Origin: a virus
IMG/VR virus record: IMGVR_UViG_3300004180_000001
Span: 2,820-66,819 of that record
DNA: 64,000 nucleotides
Direction: 5' to 3' (one strand)
This document shows, in pieces, positions 18,692 to 28,996 of the stretch (position 1 is its first letter; each line of letters starts with the position of its first letter). The position numbers were made by a program, and so were the translations under genes. Under the pieces are notes generated by a model. It did no database searches. It worked only from the letters and a program-made list of their open reading frames with translations, and had not been told where the DNA came from.

Positions 18692-19746
18692 TGACAAACT
18701 TCCACTTAGGGCCTTTGTTTAGGTATATTCCTGCGGAGCCGTCAGGTCCTACCTACCTGTTCTCTTGGCCTAAATTTTGGTTGCCTTTAGGTACAGAAGA
18801 ATACTGGGGAACTCCTGTTGTCAGTGATGTGCTGGAGGAAATATATTTTGCGGAAGCCGGGGACACTTACGTTCCTCCAACCTATGACCTAGTGGCAGAA
18901 TCCCCAGGAGGCGATAAAAGTTTCAATAAGTTTGTTCCTGCAAACGTCACGGTTTACCCTAAGAAATCCATCATCGTCAGGGCCGCTGACTACCCTACTA
19001 CGCCGGACTTGCCAGGTACTGGAGTTAGAAATTACACCAGCGGTAATTTTTCTGCAAGCGTACCCAGGCGGATACTGACTGCTAACTTGCCGACGCCGGC
19101 CTGGTATAGGGTAGCGCCAAATATGCTTGACGTTAATAATTTTTCCTCAGAAGTTTGGCTTAGAAATCCAACACTTAAAAACATAGCCATAGCCAGCGTA
19201 GATACAGCCACCGACATTATCACACTGGCATCGTCGCACGGTTGGGCTGCAGGGACTTTAGTTCAATCTAACAGCAACTTAGGTGGTCTGCATGACTATA
19301 TTCAATACTGGGTAGGAAATCCATCAGGGGCGACACTGACCTTGCATGAGTCCAAGGCAGCTGCTTTAGCAGGCACGCCCAAAGTAAACATAACCGGGTC
19401 ACCTGGCGGCGGTATTTACGAGACAGGTCCGGAAGCCAGCAGAAATATAAAGAAAGGGTACGAGCACAGGCGCACAGGTGATGTAGTTTCTACTGTTTCA
19501 TCACTGTTTCCGGGCTGGACCATCACGGGGGTAGGTACTTACGCTATCCCAGGGTCCGCTTCGTTGCCTGGAAGTCTAATAGAAACCTTGTATGCAGAGG
19601 ACGCTGGAACCTTTACAGCGTCCATGACCGTAGCCGGTCATGGAACTTTCACAAGGGAATACTCTGTTTACGATATAACCGGAACGCAAGGGCCTGGAGG
19701 TACGGTGTACTTTTGGTGTACTGGTGACCCTGACGTTTATGTTTAG
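18691..19746 (+). CDS. Putative receptor-binding/tail protein
   Basis: Last gene of the + strand operon; beta-rich, 351 aa. Confidence 0.5.
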   Translation: MTNFHLGPLFRYIPAEPSGPTYLFSWPKFWLPLGTEEYWGTPVVSDVLEEIYFAEAGDTYVPPTYDLVAESPGGDKSFNKFVPANVTVYPKKSIIVRAADYPTTPDLPGTGVRNYTSGNFSASVPRRILTANLPTPAWYRVAPNMLDVNNFSSEVWLRNPTLKNIAIASVDTATDIITLASSHGWAAGTLVQSNSNLGGLHDYIQYWVGNPSGATLTLHESKAAALAGTPKVNITGSPGGGIYETGPEASRNIKKGYEHRRTGDVVSTVSSLFPGWTITGVGTYAIPGSASLPGSLIETLYAEDAGTFTASMTVAGHGTFTREYSVYDITGTQGPGGTVYFWCTGDPDVYV

Positions 19747-19754
19747 ATACTTAA

Positions 19755-20264
19755 CTACCCCAATAAAACCAACTCGTTAAACACAGTCAGATTTCTCCGG
19801 ACGTAATCAGAAGTCTGCTTGGCATTGGCTCTGCCGGTGACGTTTACCAACTGGACAATGATGTCCTTGTAGTCGTTGTCTCCTTGTGCCAGTCTCTGAG
19901 CCTTCAAAATGTTGCCGAAGCCTGCGTTGTAACTGGCCAAGGCCAAAGCATAACGATCCATCGGCGGGCGCCTGGAAGTCCACTTGCTTAGCAGGATGCC
20001 CATATACCAAGCCGCAGCCTGAATGCCGTGTTCTACTTCGGTTGGGCGAGCGCCTTTAAGATTGAACGCGTCGCAGTATTCCTGCCAGGTTTCAGGCATG
20101 AATTGGCCAAGGCCGCGTGCGCCGACCGACGATACTGCTTCGCAATTCATACCGGACTCGCAATGCAGTTGAGCTTTTAAAAGTCGCCAGTCAAAGCCTG
20201 CCAGGTGTTGTCCGGCGTACAGTTCAATCAGGTTATCGTATTCTGGGTTTACTTTACTTGTCAT
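19755..20264 (-). CDS. Lytic transglycosylase (SLT family), likely endolysin
   Basis: DWRLLKAQLHCES, AVSSVGARGLGQFMPETW and ALASYNAG are the canonical SLT motifs. Confidence 0.9.
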   Translation of the reverse strand: MTSKVNPEYDNLIELYAGQHLAGFDWRLLKAQLHCESGMNCEAVSSVGARGLGQFMPETWQEYCDAFNLKGARPTEVEHGIQAAAWYMGILLSKWTSRRPPMDRYALALASYNAGFGNILKAQRLAQGDNDYKDIIVQLVNVTGRANAKQTSDYVRRNLTVFNELVLLG

Positions 20265-20448
20265 CTTTATCCTCCAGTTCGGTTATTACAATCTTCGTGC
20301 CTTTTCTAAGTTCAACGGCTATGGCTTGTCTTTCTTCTACCAACCGATGGTCTTCGGTAAGCAGCCAAACGCCCTTAGCGTCTTTGTCGTACACCTGCAC
20401 CAAGAGTTCAGAGCCTAGCGCAGCTATATTAATGCTTTTGTCTGTCAT
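20254..20448 (-). CDS. Hypothetical protein
   Basis: Tiles between neighbours; GGAGG RBS. Confidence 0.55.
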   Translation of the reverse strand: MTDKSINIAALGSELLVQVYDKDAKGVWLLTEDHRLVEERQAIAVELRKGTKIVITELEDKDDK

Positions 20449-20652
20449 TTATTCCTCCAGAGATATTGGATCGTCCCAATTTTGGCCCAAGGCAAGTCGT
20501 TCTATCTCTTCCCAGGTTAAAATATAACCTTTAGTTCTCGACCGGTTAAGTATAAGAGGTTCCCCTGAGTAGGAGGACAGACCTCTACGTTCAGCGCCCC
20601 ATTGGGCCGTGTGGCGTTCTAAGTTGCTGCCCTCTATGACCGTCCCGCTCAT
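20449..20652 (-). CDS. Hypothetical protein
   Basis: ATGA overlap with the SbcC-like gene. Confidence 0.5.
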   Translation of the reverse strand: MSGTVIEGSNLERHTAQWGAERRGLSSYSGEPLILNRSRTKGYILTWEEIERLALGQNWDDPISLEE

Positions 20653-22748
20653 GCCGACGCCCCTAAGTCAATAACATTCGCCGCCACGTCAAATTCCCGG
20701 TGCGACACCACAATCGTTTGTTCGCTGTAATTCTGCAGCGACATTAAGCAAGCCAGGGAAATTTCAGGAGAGCAGTCTGCTGAGATTTCGTCCAGGATTA
20801 AACTGTCGAACGGACTGGTCACCAGCTGCGTCAAGGCGACTTTCAGGCCTAAACCCATCAAAGATTTCTGAGCCCCCGACGCCGACCATTTATTCCTGAC
20901 CCTGCCATTTTCAACATATTTTATACCTGAATCAGACAAGAACATCTTTTCGATATCGCCGCCGGTCGCCATGCTGACAAACTCAGACGCCGCGCCGAAC
21001 AAGTTTTCCCAAGTTTCTTCCAGGTAACGGACTCTGTTCTTGGATAATAGCTTGCTGATGTGATCCAGTTTTCCCTGCTTGTCGACGTGTCCCAGGTAAG
21101 TGGCCTGCATGTTCTCATTATCTGTAAGCTGCTGCGTCAGTGTCTCTAACCGATTTACGGCGCTGCTGTGATCAACTCGTAGCGTACTTAAAGCGGTGTG
21201 CAGTTTAGCCGACTCCGACCGGCAGTTGTCGCAAGCTTCCTGGAGAAGTGTGACGTCGCCGGCCAACTCCAAGTCTGGCTTGGAGTCTTCCAAATCAATA
21301 AGCTGCATCAGCAATTTATCTTTGGTAGCCTGCGCTGAGGCTATCGCAGCGTTCCGGTGTTGCTGACGTTTTAACGCGTCAGAATTAACTGCAATGCGGT
21401 CAGATAGTGCGTACAGGTTTGTTATAGGCTCAGGGATACCTGCTATCTCTTTGGTTAATTCAACCAACCGTACTACGCAATCTCCCCTGCCTTGCATATT
21501 GCGGCTGTAAGCCGCCGCTTGCTTGGCGTACTCTTTGGCTTCCCGGTCAGCCACATCGAATGCGGCTTTGGCCTTATCGTACTCTGCCTTAGCGTAAGTG
21601 TACTTTGTCAACGCGTCGGCCAGCTCCACTTGCTGAGCTTCCGGCGTTTTGTGCGTATCGAACGGGCGTTTACAGGTTACGCAGATGTTGTCTTCTATAG
21701 CCTGCTTCACAGCCTTGTAACCCGCCGCGGATTCGTTCACGAAAACCGACAGACGGTTAACTTCTGCCTTCTCGGCATCCGATGACAAAGGCTCAGGGAA
21801 CGTGCCGGTGAATAGGTTGATGGCATCCAGGTAGCTTTTCTCAGCCTGCATCGTTTTAATGTGCTCCGCCGTAAGCCGTGCCAGTTGTTTAGCATAGCTG
21901 TCGGCTTCTGCTCTAAGCGTGTAGTCCTTGGCGATGTCGGCTTCAAGTGCAGACGTGTCCGCTAGAGGTTGCTTGGCATCAGGCTCCACGGCAGACAAGT
22001 CTTTTTCCAAAATATCCTTGCGGTGCCGGTATTTTTCCCACAGGCGTTGGTTGTGATCCAGGGCTTTGAGTTCTTCGCTAAGCGCGTCCGCCTTGGTCGC
22101 CCATTTGGAAATACCTTTCTCGTGTTCAGTTATCTGCAGGAGCAGGTCGGCCACTTGTATGCCCAGCTCTGTCTTCTGCATTGCGTAAAACGCCGGCTCT
22201 TCAGGCAGCAGGAAAGCGTGCAAGGCATCAGCCTTGGCTGCTTCAGACGAAGCCCTGGCGCCTGCCAGTTTGATAATAGCGTTCAGCTTGTCCATTCCGG
22301 TGGCAGCTTCAACGAAACGGGTCAAGGCTGGGCCATCCATCCTCAAAAGCTCTTGCGGCTCACCTTGAGCCGATACGAAGATTTTAAAGAAGGCAGCTTT
22401 CGACATATCCAACAACTCCAGGATATGAGCGTTGACGGCGGTATGGCCGTTGACGAAAGCCTTGTCTTCACCGGCTCGGGTAATGGACGCATTTTTTGTC
22501 GAGCGCTCGACGACATAGCCATTGGATAGTTTTAACTCCAGGTTAAAATCCTTGGCGTCGTCGTGAACCAGGTCGGCTGCGGCTTCGTCAACGACCGATA
22601 CGCCCAGCATGGCAACCAACACCGCCTGCTGAATAGTGGATTTGCCGGAATAGTTGGGGCCTACAATCAGGTTGGTTCCAGAAGAGAATTGGAATTCCCG
22701 ATCCTTGTGTTGCTTGAAGTTCTTAAGCTTTACCGATTCAATCTTCAT
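20649..22748 (-). CDS. SbcC/Rad50-like recombination ATPase
   Basis: Walker A GPNYSGKS, coiled coils, central CVTC zinc hook, signature SASGAQ and Walker B LILDE. Confidence 0.9.
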   Translation of the reverse strand: MKIESVKLKNFKQHKDREFQFSSGTNLIVGPNYSGKSTIQQAVLVAMLGVSVVDEAAADLVHDDAKDFNLELKLSNGYVVERSTKNASITRAGEDKAFVNGHTAVNAHILELLDMSKAAFFKIFVSAQGEPQELLRMDGPALTRFVEAATGMDKLNAIIKLAGARASSEAAKADALHAFLLPEEPAFYAMQKTELGIQVADLLLQITEHEKGISKWATKADALSEELKALDHNQRLWEKYRHRKDILEKDLSAVEPDAKQPLADTSALEADIAKDYTLRAEADSYAKQLARLTAEHIKTMQAEKSYLDAINLFTGTFPEPLSSDAEKAEVNRLSVFVNESAAGYKAVKQAIEDNICVTCKRPFDTHKTPEAQQVELADALTKYTYAKAEYDKAKAAFDVADREAKEYAKQAAAYSRNMQGRGDCVVRLVELTKEIAGIPEPITNLYALSDRIAVNSDALKRQQHRNAAIASAQATKDKLLMQLIDLEDSKPDLELAGDVTLLQEACDNCRSESAKLHTALSTLRVDHSSAVNRLETLTQQLTDNENMQATYLGHVDKQGKLDHISKLLSKNRVRYLEETWENLFGAASEFVSMATGGDIEKMFLSDSGIKYVENGRVRNKWSASGAQKSLMGLGLKVALTQLVTSPFDSLILDEISADCSPEISLACLMSLQNYSEQTIVVSHREFDVAANVIDLGASA

Positions 22749-23779
22749 TCTGATACCTCTCCGTACAGGGTGTTAAACAGTTCAAGTTCTTCGTCGTTGA
22801 GTTGGCCTCTAACGTTGTCCAGCCAGGATCCGCGTTTAGCTGAACTCGTTCCCTGTGTGCCTTCAACAGTCGGCGTCACGGTGCTGTTCTTTATAGAAAT
22901 AGCGTGATCCCCGTTGAATAGTTTAGACATCTTCGCCGCCAGGTCACGCAGCTGCGCCGGCAGGATCTCGCCGGTGACTTCAATAAATTGCAATTCCGTA
23001 TCGTCAGGCAGGCTTAAGAACCCTGCAATGTCGGTCTGCAGGTAACGCCCAGCCGGGCGCCAAAGATCGATAGAAGTCATCTTGCCGGTTTCCGTGTCGA
23101 ACTCAAGACCGCGCTTGATTTCCATTTCAGCAAACGAGTGCGGCAGTACAGACCCAACCATACGGAGCCGTCCACCGAAATGGTCGGAGCCATTGTGCTC
23201 ATGGCCACTGAGAATATAATCGAACGAGGTATCAAGCAAGATTTTAGCTTGAGCGGCGGTCAGATTGTTCTCAATGTCGGCACTGGCGCGGGGGTTATCG
23301 TAGTTGACATGCAGGCACAAAATATTGGTATGTCCCTCCCACTTCTTTACTCCTGTGCATAGTTTTTCCAGCTCTTCATCGAACAGGGATTGTGTAGCGC
23401 AGTACGGCAGTACGTAGACAGTGGTGTTGTCGTCGAACCGTGCGCAGGCATAGACGCCCCGCACGACAATACCTTGCCCTATCTGTCCGGCCAGGTTCTC
23501 CAAGGCGGATGTTTTGGTAGAATCGTTACTGTAGTCGTGGTTGCCGCCGACGATAAAATCGAAGTATTCAGCAAGTCCAAGAGCTTTAACGAACGTCGTG
23601 CTGTTAACCTCGAACGTGTCGAACACGTCACCCATTTGAACGATGCGAGTATCGTCATCCACCTGCATGGCTTTTTCTATGGTCTCAGCTTGCAGCTCGA
23701 AAAACCGCTGGGCCGACGCCTTGGTGCTGTGAGAGGGTCGTTTGTCGAGGTGTAAATCACCGATAAATCGTAGTTTCAT
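22745..23779 (-). CDS. SbcD/Mre11-like metallophosphoesterase nuclease
   Basis: GDLH, GDVFD, GNHD and GHEH motifs. Confidence 0.9.
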   Translation of the reverse strand: MKLRFIGDLHLDKRPSHSTKASAQRFFELQAETIEKAMQVDDDTRIVQMGDVFDTFEVNSTTFVKALGLAEYFDFIVGGNHDYSNDSTKTSALENLAGQIGQGIVVRGVYACARFDDNTTVYVLPYCATQSLFDEELEKLCTGVKKWEGHTNILCLHVNYDNPRASADIENNLTAAQAKILLDTSFDYILSGHEHNGSDHFGGRLRMVGSVLPHSFAEMEIKRGLEFDTETGKMTSIDLWRPAGRYLQTDIAGFLSLPDDTELQFIEVTGEILPAQLRDLAAKMSKLFNGDHAISIKNSTVTPTVEGTQGTSSAKRGSWLDNVRGQLNDEELELFNTLYGEVSE

Positions 23780-24123
23780 TTTGCCGCCTTTTCTGTTGTG
23801 AGAAGTGATTTATGTACAAATAAAAATACCCAGGTAAGGCTGTAAGCAACAGCGCTTGCAGTATAGCCATACCAAGCTAGGCAGATGATAATGGCTACCG
23901 CCACTACTTTGGTAAGCCATGGAATGTTTGGATATTTATCTGTCTTTTTAGACTCTGGTATATCTACGATAAGTAGGGTAATCAGAGTAATTGACAGCAG
24001 AACAAAAACGCCCCAGATAAATGTCAGGGCTATATTCCTGACACCTGCCACGCCTTGAACAAACCCCAACCAAAAAATAAATGCGGTTAGCAGGTTGTAA
24101 CAGATTATTTTTAAAGTTTTCAT
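23776..24123 (-). CDS. Membrane protein (3-4 TM)
   Basis: Restarted at ATG 24123 (ATGA overlap); several hydrophobic segments. Confidence 0.6.
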   Translation of the reverse strand: MKTLKIICYNLLTAFIFWLGFVQGVAGVRNIALTFIWGVFVLLSITLITLLIVDIPESKKTDKYPNIPWLTKVVAVAIIICLAWYGYTASAVAYSLTWVFLFVHKSLLTTEKAAK

Positions 24124-24626
24124 TCGGTCTCCGTAATTTTCAATAAATAAGACAACAGAGCCTGCCTGGGAAAGACCGCCTCGACTTTGCTCAAGCAAAG
24201 CCTGGTCTTGCCGCCAGCTGCCGCTGTCACGGTTTGGGAATCCCACAACTCGAATTGCTTCGCTTTGAGCGAATAAAACAAGAAGTAACCCGGCACGCCT
24301 GCGCGTTTGCCCCACACTTCCGAAGCCAGGAATTGCGACCCCGATATGTACGCCGTCAACTGGCATTCTGTCAGGGACTGATGCTTGTCGCTGCTTTTAA
24401 CTTCCAGTAAAACGGTGATACCATTCCTGGCAAAGATAAAATCACACGGTGTTTCAGGGAGAATCGCCTTAGCTCCGGTCGACGTGGTGTCATACAACCT
24501 GACGAACGCGCCGGACCAGTGATCTCTGAGTTTTATTAAAGCTGACCTGACAATACCTTCTGCAATCTTTCCGTCATTCCGCTTCTTCGTTTTAACTTCG
24601 TACCGGGACGCCGGGTCAATCTTCAT
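24120..24626 (-). CDS. Holliday junction resolvase-like PD-(D/E)xK nuclease (RecU/Hjc-like)
   Basis: GKIAE...PCDFI...LLEVKS motif; next to the SbcCD-like genes. Confidence 0.7.
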   Translation of the reverse strand: MKIDPASRYEVKTKKRNDGKIAEGIVRSALIKLRDHWSGAFVRLYDTTSTGAKAILPETPCDFIFARNGITVLLEVKSSDKHQSLTECQLTAYISGSQFLASEVWGKRAGVPGYFLFYSLKAKQFELWDSQTVTAAAGGKTRLCLSKVEAVFPRQALLSYLLKITETE

Positions 24627-24888
24627 CGAACAGATCCAACTCGGCGCAGATGTCGTAGACCTCTGGCAGGTAGTTAAGGCAATACGCGGTGCCGTCCTCT
24701 GACCAAGCCTCTCGCCGGTAAAGCTGTCCAGGTAGGATTTTGTAGCCAGCGGCCTCGGCTATCATCATGACGTGCTTATGGGCGTCACTAAGGTCATCCG
24801 CAGACGCGCGTTCCAAGACCAACTGGCATCCTGTGCATTTCTTTGGTGTCCTGGCTATTCGTAAATCGGTAGCGATGTGTTTAGTCAT
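24616..24888 (-). CDS. Hypothetical protein
   Basis: Restarted at MTKHIAT; CTGC motif; tiles with neighbours. Confidence 0.5.
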   Translation of the reverse strand: MTKHIATDLRIARTPKKCTGCQLVLERASADDLSDAHKHVMMIAEAAGYKILPGQLYRREAWSEDGTAYCLNYLPEVYDICAELDLFDED

Positions 24889-25612
24889 AGCGGCCAGCCT
24901 CGCGGTATAGGGCGGTGATATCGCCTTTGCCCCCAGTAAGGGCATGGGTTCTGTGTCTAAAGGCCTCCTCAGCGTCAGGAGAGGCTAGAATCATACCTTC
25001 TTCAACCATGTAGTTGAGGATCATACCCACGCTGGCCATGACTTCATCAACGCGGGCTCCGTACCATCCATCCAGGTCTTGCTTGCGCTTGTCTATCAAG
25101 GCGAAGAACCGTTGCATGAACAACCTGTTCGACACATGCACCGACCGGCCCAGCAACATCAACTCTGCTTTCGACAGAACGGTCAGCTTCGCCTGCATGT
25201 CGGGAGAGTCCCCATCCGCTGCCGTATAGGCCGACAGTGTCGTAATGAATTCGTCGGCCAACCCACTGTCGTCAAAATCCACTAGCGTAGAATTGGCAAG
25301 CCTGGCGGAGCGTTCGCCAACCACTGCGGTTTGAACGCCGTCCATTGGAGTCAGGTTTTTAACCTTAACCAGGATGCCGTTAGCCAACTGAACTGAAGGG
25401 TTCAATTTCATCCGGTGGCACATTTCCTGGTAAGATCCCAGGAGTATTCGGGTATAAGTTCCGTTGCTGTAAAAATCCTCCGCGTCGTTGCCTTTCTGGT
25501 TGGCCAGGTTGGGTAGGTAAATGTAAGCGCCGGCTTCTGGGGAGACTGACCAGTCTTCCCTGTCATCCACCGGGGGCGGTTTTTTAAATAGTCGATCCCA
25601 TACTTTTGACAT
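24881..25612 (-). CDS. Hypothetical protein
   Basis: 243-aa ORF in the tiled - strand operon. Confidence 0.65.
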   Translation of the reverse strand: MSKVWDRLFKKPPPVDDREDWSVSPEAGAYIYLPNLANQKGNDAEDFYSNGTYTRILLGSYQEMCHRMKLNPSVQLANGILVKVKNLTPMDGVQTAVVGERSARLANSTLVDFDDSGLADEFITTLSAYTAADGDSPDMQAKLTVLSKAELMLLGRSVHVSNRLFMQRFFALIDKRKQDLDGWYGARVDEVMASVGMILNYMVEEGMILASPDAEEAFRHRTHALTGGKGDITALYREAGRYD

Positions 25613-25614
25613 AA

Positions 25615-26253
25615 TTATTTTAAGACTGAAAAGTGATCGTTAAGAGCCTTAACTTTGCGGCCCCATTGTTCTTCCTGATCCAACTCCATGGTTAACAGGA
25701 ACCGGTTGTTAATGTCATTCTCCCTGCAAAACGTCTTCAATAATTTTTTGAACGCTGAATAATCACCCAGGGGGTTGCCTGCGCAAGCCCCTGGGACACT
25801 AGACAGAATTAAATACGTCGTCGACAGCAACGCGCCGTAAGTCCTCATGCACGGCCTTATCTCCGTGGCGTCTGCCAGCTTAACCAGGGATCGGCGGATC
25901 TGTATCATGGCGACATGCGGCGCCACTACTGCAGGTAGCCTTAAGAACAGGACGACGTGTGTTTCATAGATCAGGGCGCTAATGCCAACATTGCAGTCGT
26001 CAGCTATTTCATCCCGACTCAGCACGAGTTCGCGGGTGAATAGTTTAGCGACGTCTGTGAACAGGCCTCTGAGCAGCGCATTAATGTGCTTAACTCGACC
26101 TTCTTTATCCAGATCGGAAAAAGCCTTGTCATCCAGCTGCTCGGCCAGCGCAGACGGGCGGACATACGGCCTGAAAAACGGCACCACGGCCATGTAATTG
26201 AGTACCGCCACAGACTCGAAAGGCCGTTTGTGTACTACCGATAGTTTAACCAT
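25615..26253 (-). CDS. Hypothetical protein
   Basis: Tiled ORF; start reassigned to MVKLS. Confidence 0.6.
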   Translation of the reverse strand: MVKLSVVHKRPFESVAVLNYMAVVPFFRPYVRPSALAEQLDDKAFSDLDKEGRVKHINALLRGLFTDVAKLFTRELVLSRDEIADDCNVGISALIYETHVVLFLRLPAVVAPHVAMIQIRRSLVKLADATEIRPCMRTYGALLSTTYLILSSVPGACAGNPLGDYSAFKKLLKTFCRENDINNRFLLTMELDQEEQWGRKVKALNDHFSVLK

Positions 26254-26737
26254 GTGATCTATCCCAAGTTTCGTAAACAACCCCGTTAGATTTTTCCGAC
26301 TGGGTTAAATACCAACCTTCGTCAGGGATGTTGATGTGCCTTGCATTCTTATATAAGTACGGCTTCACCAGTTCCGGGGCAATGCGCGTAATGTAAAGCC
26401 GGTCAGCATAGTCGAATCCGTATTCAAATATGCGCACGCCGCCAATCAGGAAACATTGAGCGAAGCCTTGTCTTCGGCACCACTGCACGGCCTGGCCGGG
26501 GTTTATGAAGTGCATAATGCCAGGCGTGCTGACTATATGCCTGCTCACGACAATGTTGGTACGGTTTGGCAAATGAGGCACGCCGAGAGACCTATATGTG
26601 TCCCGACCCATGACAACGGCGTTGCCTGTGGTTAGTTTTTTAAACCGGATCAGGTCCTCGCGGATATGCCACGGTAATTTTCCGTCAGCTCCGATAAGTC
26701 CTCCTGGGCCGACGGCCATAATGACGTTAAGTTTCAT
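26246..26737 (-). CDS. folA: Dihydrofolate reductase
   Basis: IGADGKLPWHIREDLIRFKKLT, VVMGRDT, LPNRTNIVVS, LIGG and ADRLYIT. Confidence 0.95.
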   Translation of the reverse strand: MKLNVIMAVGPGGLIGADGKLPWHIREDLIRFKKLTTGNAVVMGRDTYRSLGVPHLPNRTNIVVSRHIVSTPGIMHFINPGQAVQWCRRQGFAQCFLIGGVRIFEYGFDYADRLYITRIAPELVKPYLYKNARHINIPDEGWYLTQSEKSNGVVYETWDRSHG

Positions 26738-26946
26738 AACTCCCTCACCGATATTTCGTATAACGGAACGCCGCCGCAGCTCACTACAACCGGCTGTTTG
26801 TTTGCCAAAACATGTCTAGCAACGGCTGCACATGCGGCACCTGTTACGTCTTGCTTGCCAGTCGCCCAAGTCCTTCCGTCCCTAAGTACATGACCGGCGT
26901 AAATAGTGTTAGTTAACGGCGATGTGTCTAAGTGCAAAGGTTTCAT
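26734..26946 (-). CDS. Hypothetical protein
   Basis: GGAG RBS; ATGA overlap with folA. Confidence 0.6.
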   Translation of the reverse strand: MKPLHLDTSPLTNTIYAGHVLRDGRTWATGKQDVTGAACAAVARHVLANKQPVVVSCGGVPLYEISVREL

Positions 26947-26977
26947 AAGGTTGACTCCAATGTGCGTTGTTTCAGGT

Positions 26978-27238
26978 TTAGTGACATGCTGCCGCCTTCA
27001 TGGGCAAATTTGAACTGAATTGCCCACACCAGGAATCGGCGCTGTTCTTTACGACAGGGTAGATCCACCAGGCAGGGCTATTCGCCATTGTCTGAATGTC
27101 AACACTGGAGAGGTCTTCGCCAGAGAACATCACAGGGTGCGGTGTCGGGGGGTTTACCCGGCACTCTCCGATAGCTCCGCCTGCAAGCTCTTGGAAGTGT
27201 TTACAATTACGGCAAGTTATTAAAATATTTTTGCTCAT
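26978..27238 (-). CDS. Cys-rich hypothetical protein
   Basis: CRNC..F...GEC...PP...WCGQF pattern. Confidence 0.6.
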   Translation of the reverse strand: MSKNILITCRNCKHFQELAGGAIGECRVNPPTPHPVMFSGEDLSSVDIQTMANSPAWWIYPVVKNSADSWCGQFSSNLPMKAAACH

Positions 27239-28014
27239 ACCGCCACCTCCGCCTTAATGCTTGGGTCAGGGTTGTAGTCGACAATTTCAAAATCGTCTAT
27301 GGTGTAGTCGAACAGGGAAGCGGCTTTCCGTAGGCGTAACCTTGGCAAGGCCTTAGGCTGCCTTTGCAGTTGTTCGTGGGCCTGATTTATGTGATTGATG
27401 TACAGGTGGGTATCCCCTCCGGTCCAAATAAAGTCGCCCACTTCAAGGTCTGCCTGCTGCGCAAACATGTGCGTCAGTATGGCGTAGCTGGCTATGTTGT
27501 AGGGAACCCCTAGAAAGGTGTCACAGCTGCGCTGGTATAGTTGGCAGGAAAGTTTTCCATCATGGACGTAGAACTGAAACAGGCAATGGCAGGGTGGTAG
27601 CTTAGCCTTGCCAACATCTGAGGGATTCCATGCGGTGACAAGGATACGGCGGCTGTTCGGGTTGTTTTTTATGGTATCCAAGGCTTCTGAAATTTGATCG
27701 ATATGGCTACCCCAAGACCTCCACTGCTTGCCGTACACTGGGCCTAAATCGCCGTTTTCGTCAGCCCACTCGTCCCAAATAGTAACGCCGTTTTCCTGAA
27801 GGTACTTGGCGTTGGTATCGCCTTTGAGGAACCACAACAATTCATGGATAATCGACTTGGTATGCAACCTCTTCGTCGTCATCAGAGGCAACCCCTCCTG
27901 TAGGTCGAACCGCATTTGATGGCCGAATTTTGATAGCGTGCCGGTGCCGGTTCTGTCGCCTTTAACCTTGCCGCTGTCCAGGAGTTCTTGAAGTAAGTTT
28001 AAATATTGCTGCAT
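27235..28014 (-). CDS. thyA: Thymidylate synthase
   Basis: [28 protein letters not shown] and GVPYNIASY. Confidence 0.97.
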   Translation of the reverse strand: MQQYLNLLQELLDSGKVKGDRTGTGTLSKFGHQMRFDLQEGLPLMTTKRLHTKSIIHELLWFLKGDTNAKYLQENGVTIWDEWADENGDLGPVYGKQWRSWGSHIDQISEALDTIKNNPNSRRILVTAWNPSDVGKAKLPPCHCLFQFYVHDGKLSCQLYQRSCDTFLGVPYNIASYAILTHMFAQQADLEVGDFIWTGGDTHLYINHINQAHEQLQRQPKALPRLRLRKAASLFDYTIDDFEIVDYNPDPSIKAEVAV

Positions 28015-28039
28015 TTTTTTATTTACCTTGTAGGTTAAT

Positions 28040-28444
28040 TTATACGCACGGCCCTTTAACGCAAGAAATCAGGTAGCACCCAGAAATTCCTTCAAAATGT
28101 GCCACAGCACTGTGGCCGCTCAGAATATAGGCGGCATGTGAAACTGTTGTTCGAACAGGCTCATCGATAAAATCTTTTTTCAGTAGCACCTCACTGCCGA
28201 CTGGGTACTTAGCGTTGAAATCGTCGCACTGTTTTTGCACACTATATTTTTCAAAAGCGGTTATTCGCTTTCCTAAAATTTCAGAGTATTGCCACATGAC
28301 GTCGTTCTGTTCTTTCAAGAGCTCCTGCTCGTCAGTCTCTAGCTCTTCAAACAGTGGGTTATACCCAATGAAGTCGCTAAGTTTAGTGGCTTTTATGTCG
28401 AGTTCAGCCTTTTCATCTACTACACGTTGTTGGTATGGTTGCAT
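28040..28444 (-). CDS. Two-module hypothetical protein
   Basis: N-terminal helical hairpin ([11 protein letters not shown]...YSEILGKRI) fused to a FNAKYPVG...SGHSAV...SGCY module. Confidence 0.6.
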   Translation of the reverse strand: MQPYQQRVVDEKAELDIKATKLSDFIGYNPLFEELETDEQELLKEQNDVMWQYSEILGKRITAFEKYSVQKQCDDFNAKYPVGSEVLLKKDFIDEPVRTTVSHAAYILSGHSAVAHFEGISGCYLISCVKGPCV

Positions 28445-28707
28445 TTTGATTTACCTGCTTCTGTTAATTTGTAAATGGTTGAGAAGTCTTTTCCACACCG
28501 GATTGTAATAAGCCCGGCTTCAGCAAGGCGGTGCATTACTTTACCTCCAGCTAAAGCTAAACCTTGTGCGGACCTATTGTCATGTGCGTAGCCGTGCTTG
28601 GGCTTTGGATACAACGTCTGACCGACATCCGAGGGTCTGGACTCTAGCGTACCGCCTGCAGATTTTATTAGGTCCAAGGCCCTTTTATCATTGTCAGTCA
28701 ATTTCAT
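28420..28707 (-). CDS. Winged helix-turn-helix DNA-binding protein (putative)
   Basis: Restarted at MKLTDND; wing motif MHRLAEAGLI...YKLTEAGK. Confidence 0.55.
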   Translation of the reverse strand: MKLTDNDKRALDLIKSAGGTLESRPSDVGQTLYPKPKHGYAHDNRSAQGLALAGGKVMHRLAEAGLITIRCGKDFSTIYKLTEAGKSKCNHTNNV

Positions 28708-28996
28708 ACTTCTTGTAGTCCTGATCTCCAGTTTCAATGTGCTCAAGATTTCCGTCCTTAGCGGTTCTGAACATACCTTTCGGTAGGAATACTCGTTTGA
28801 ACTGGCCGTGCCACTTCCCGTAATTAGTTGGCGTGCCATCAGAAAACTTTCCAGGACCGCAGGCCGAGCAAAGTTTCTTGCCTGCGCGGTCCTCTATACC
28901 GTCCCATGTGTATATTTCGGGAATGTCTCTTGTGTGGTAAGGCGTCAGTGCTGTGTTATCGCAGCACCCGCAAACTTCGCATTGAAACAGACTCAT
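28694..28996 (-). CDS. Zn-finger hypothetical protein
   Basis: CEVCGCC...LCSAC; GGAGG RBS. Confidence 0.6.
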   Translation of the reverse strand: MSLFQCEVCGCCDNTALTPYHTRDIPEIYTWDGIEDRAGKKLCSACGPGKFSDGTPTNYGKWHGQFKRVFLPKGMFRTAKDGNLEHIETGDQDYKKYEID

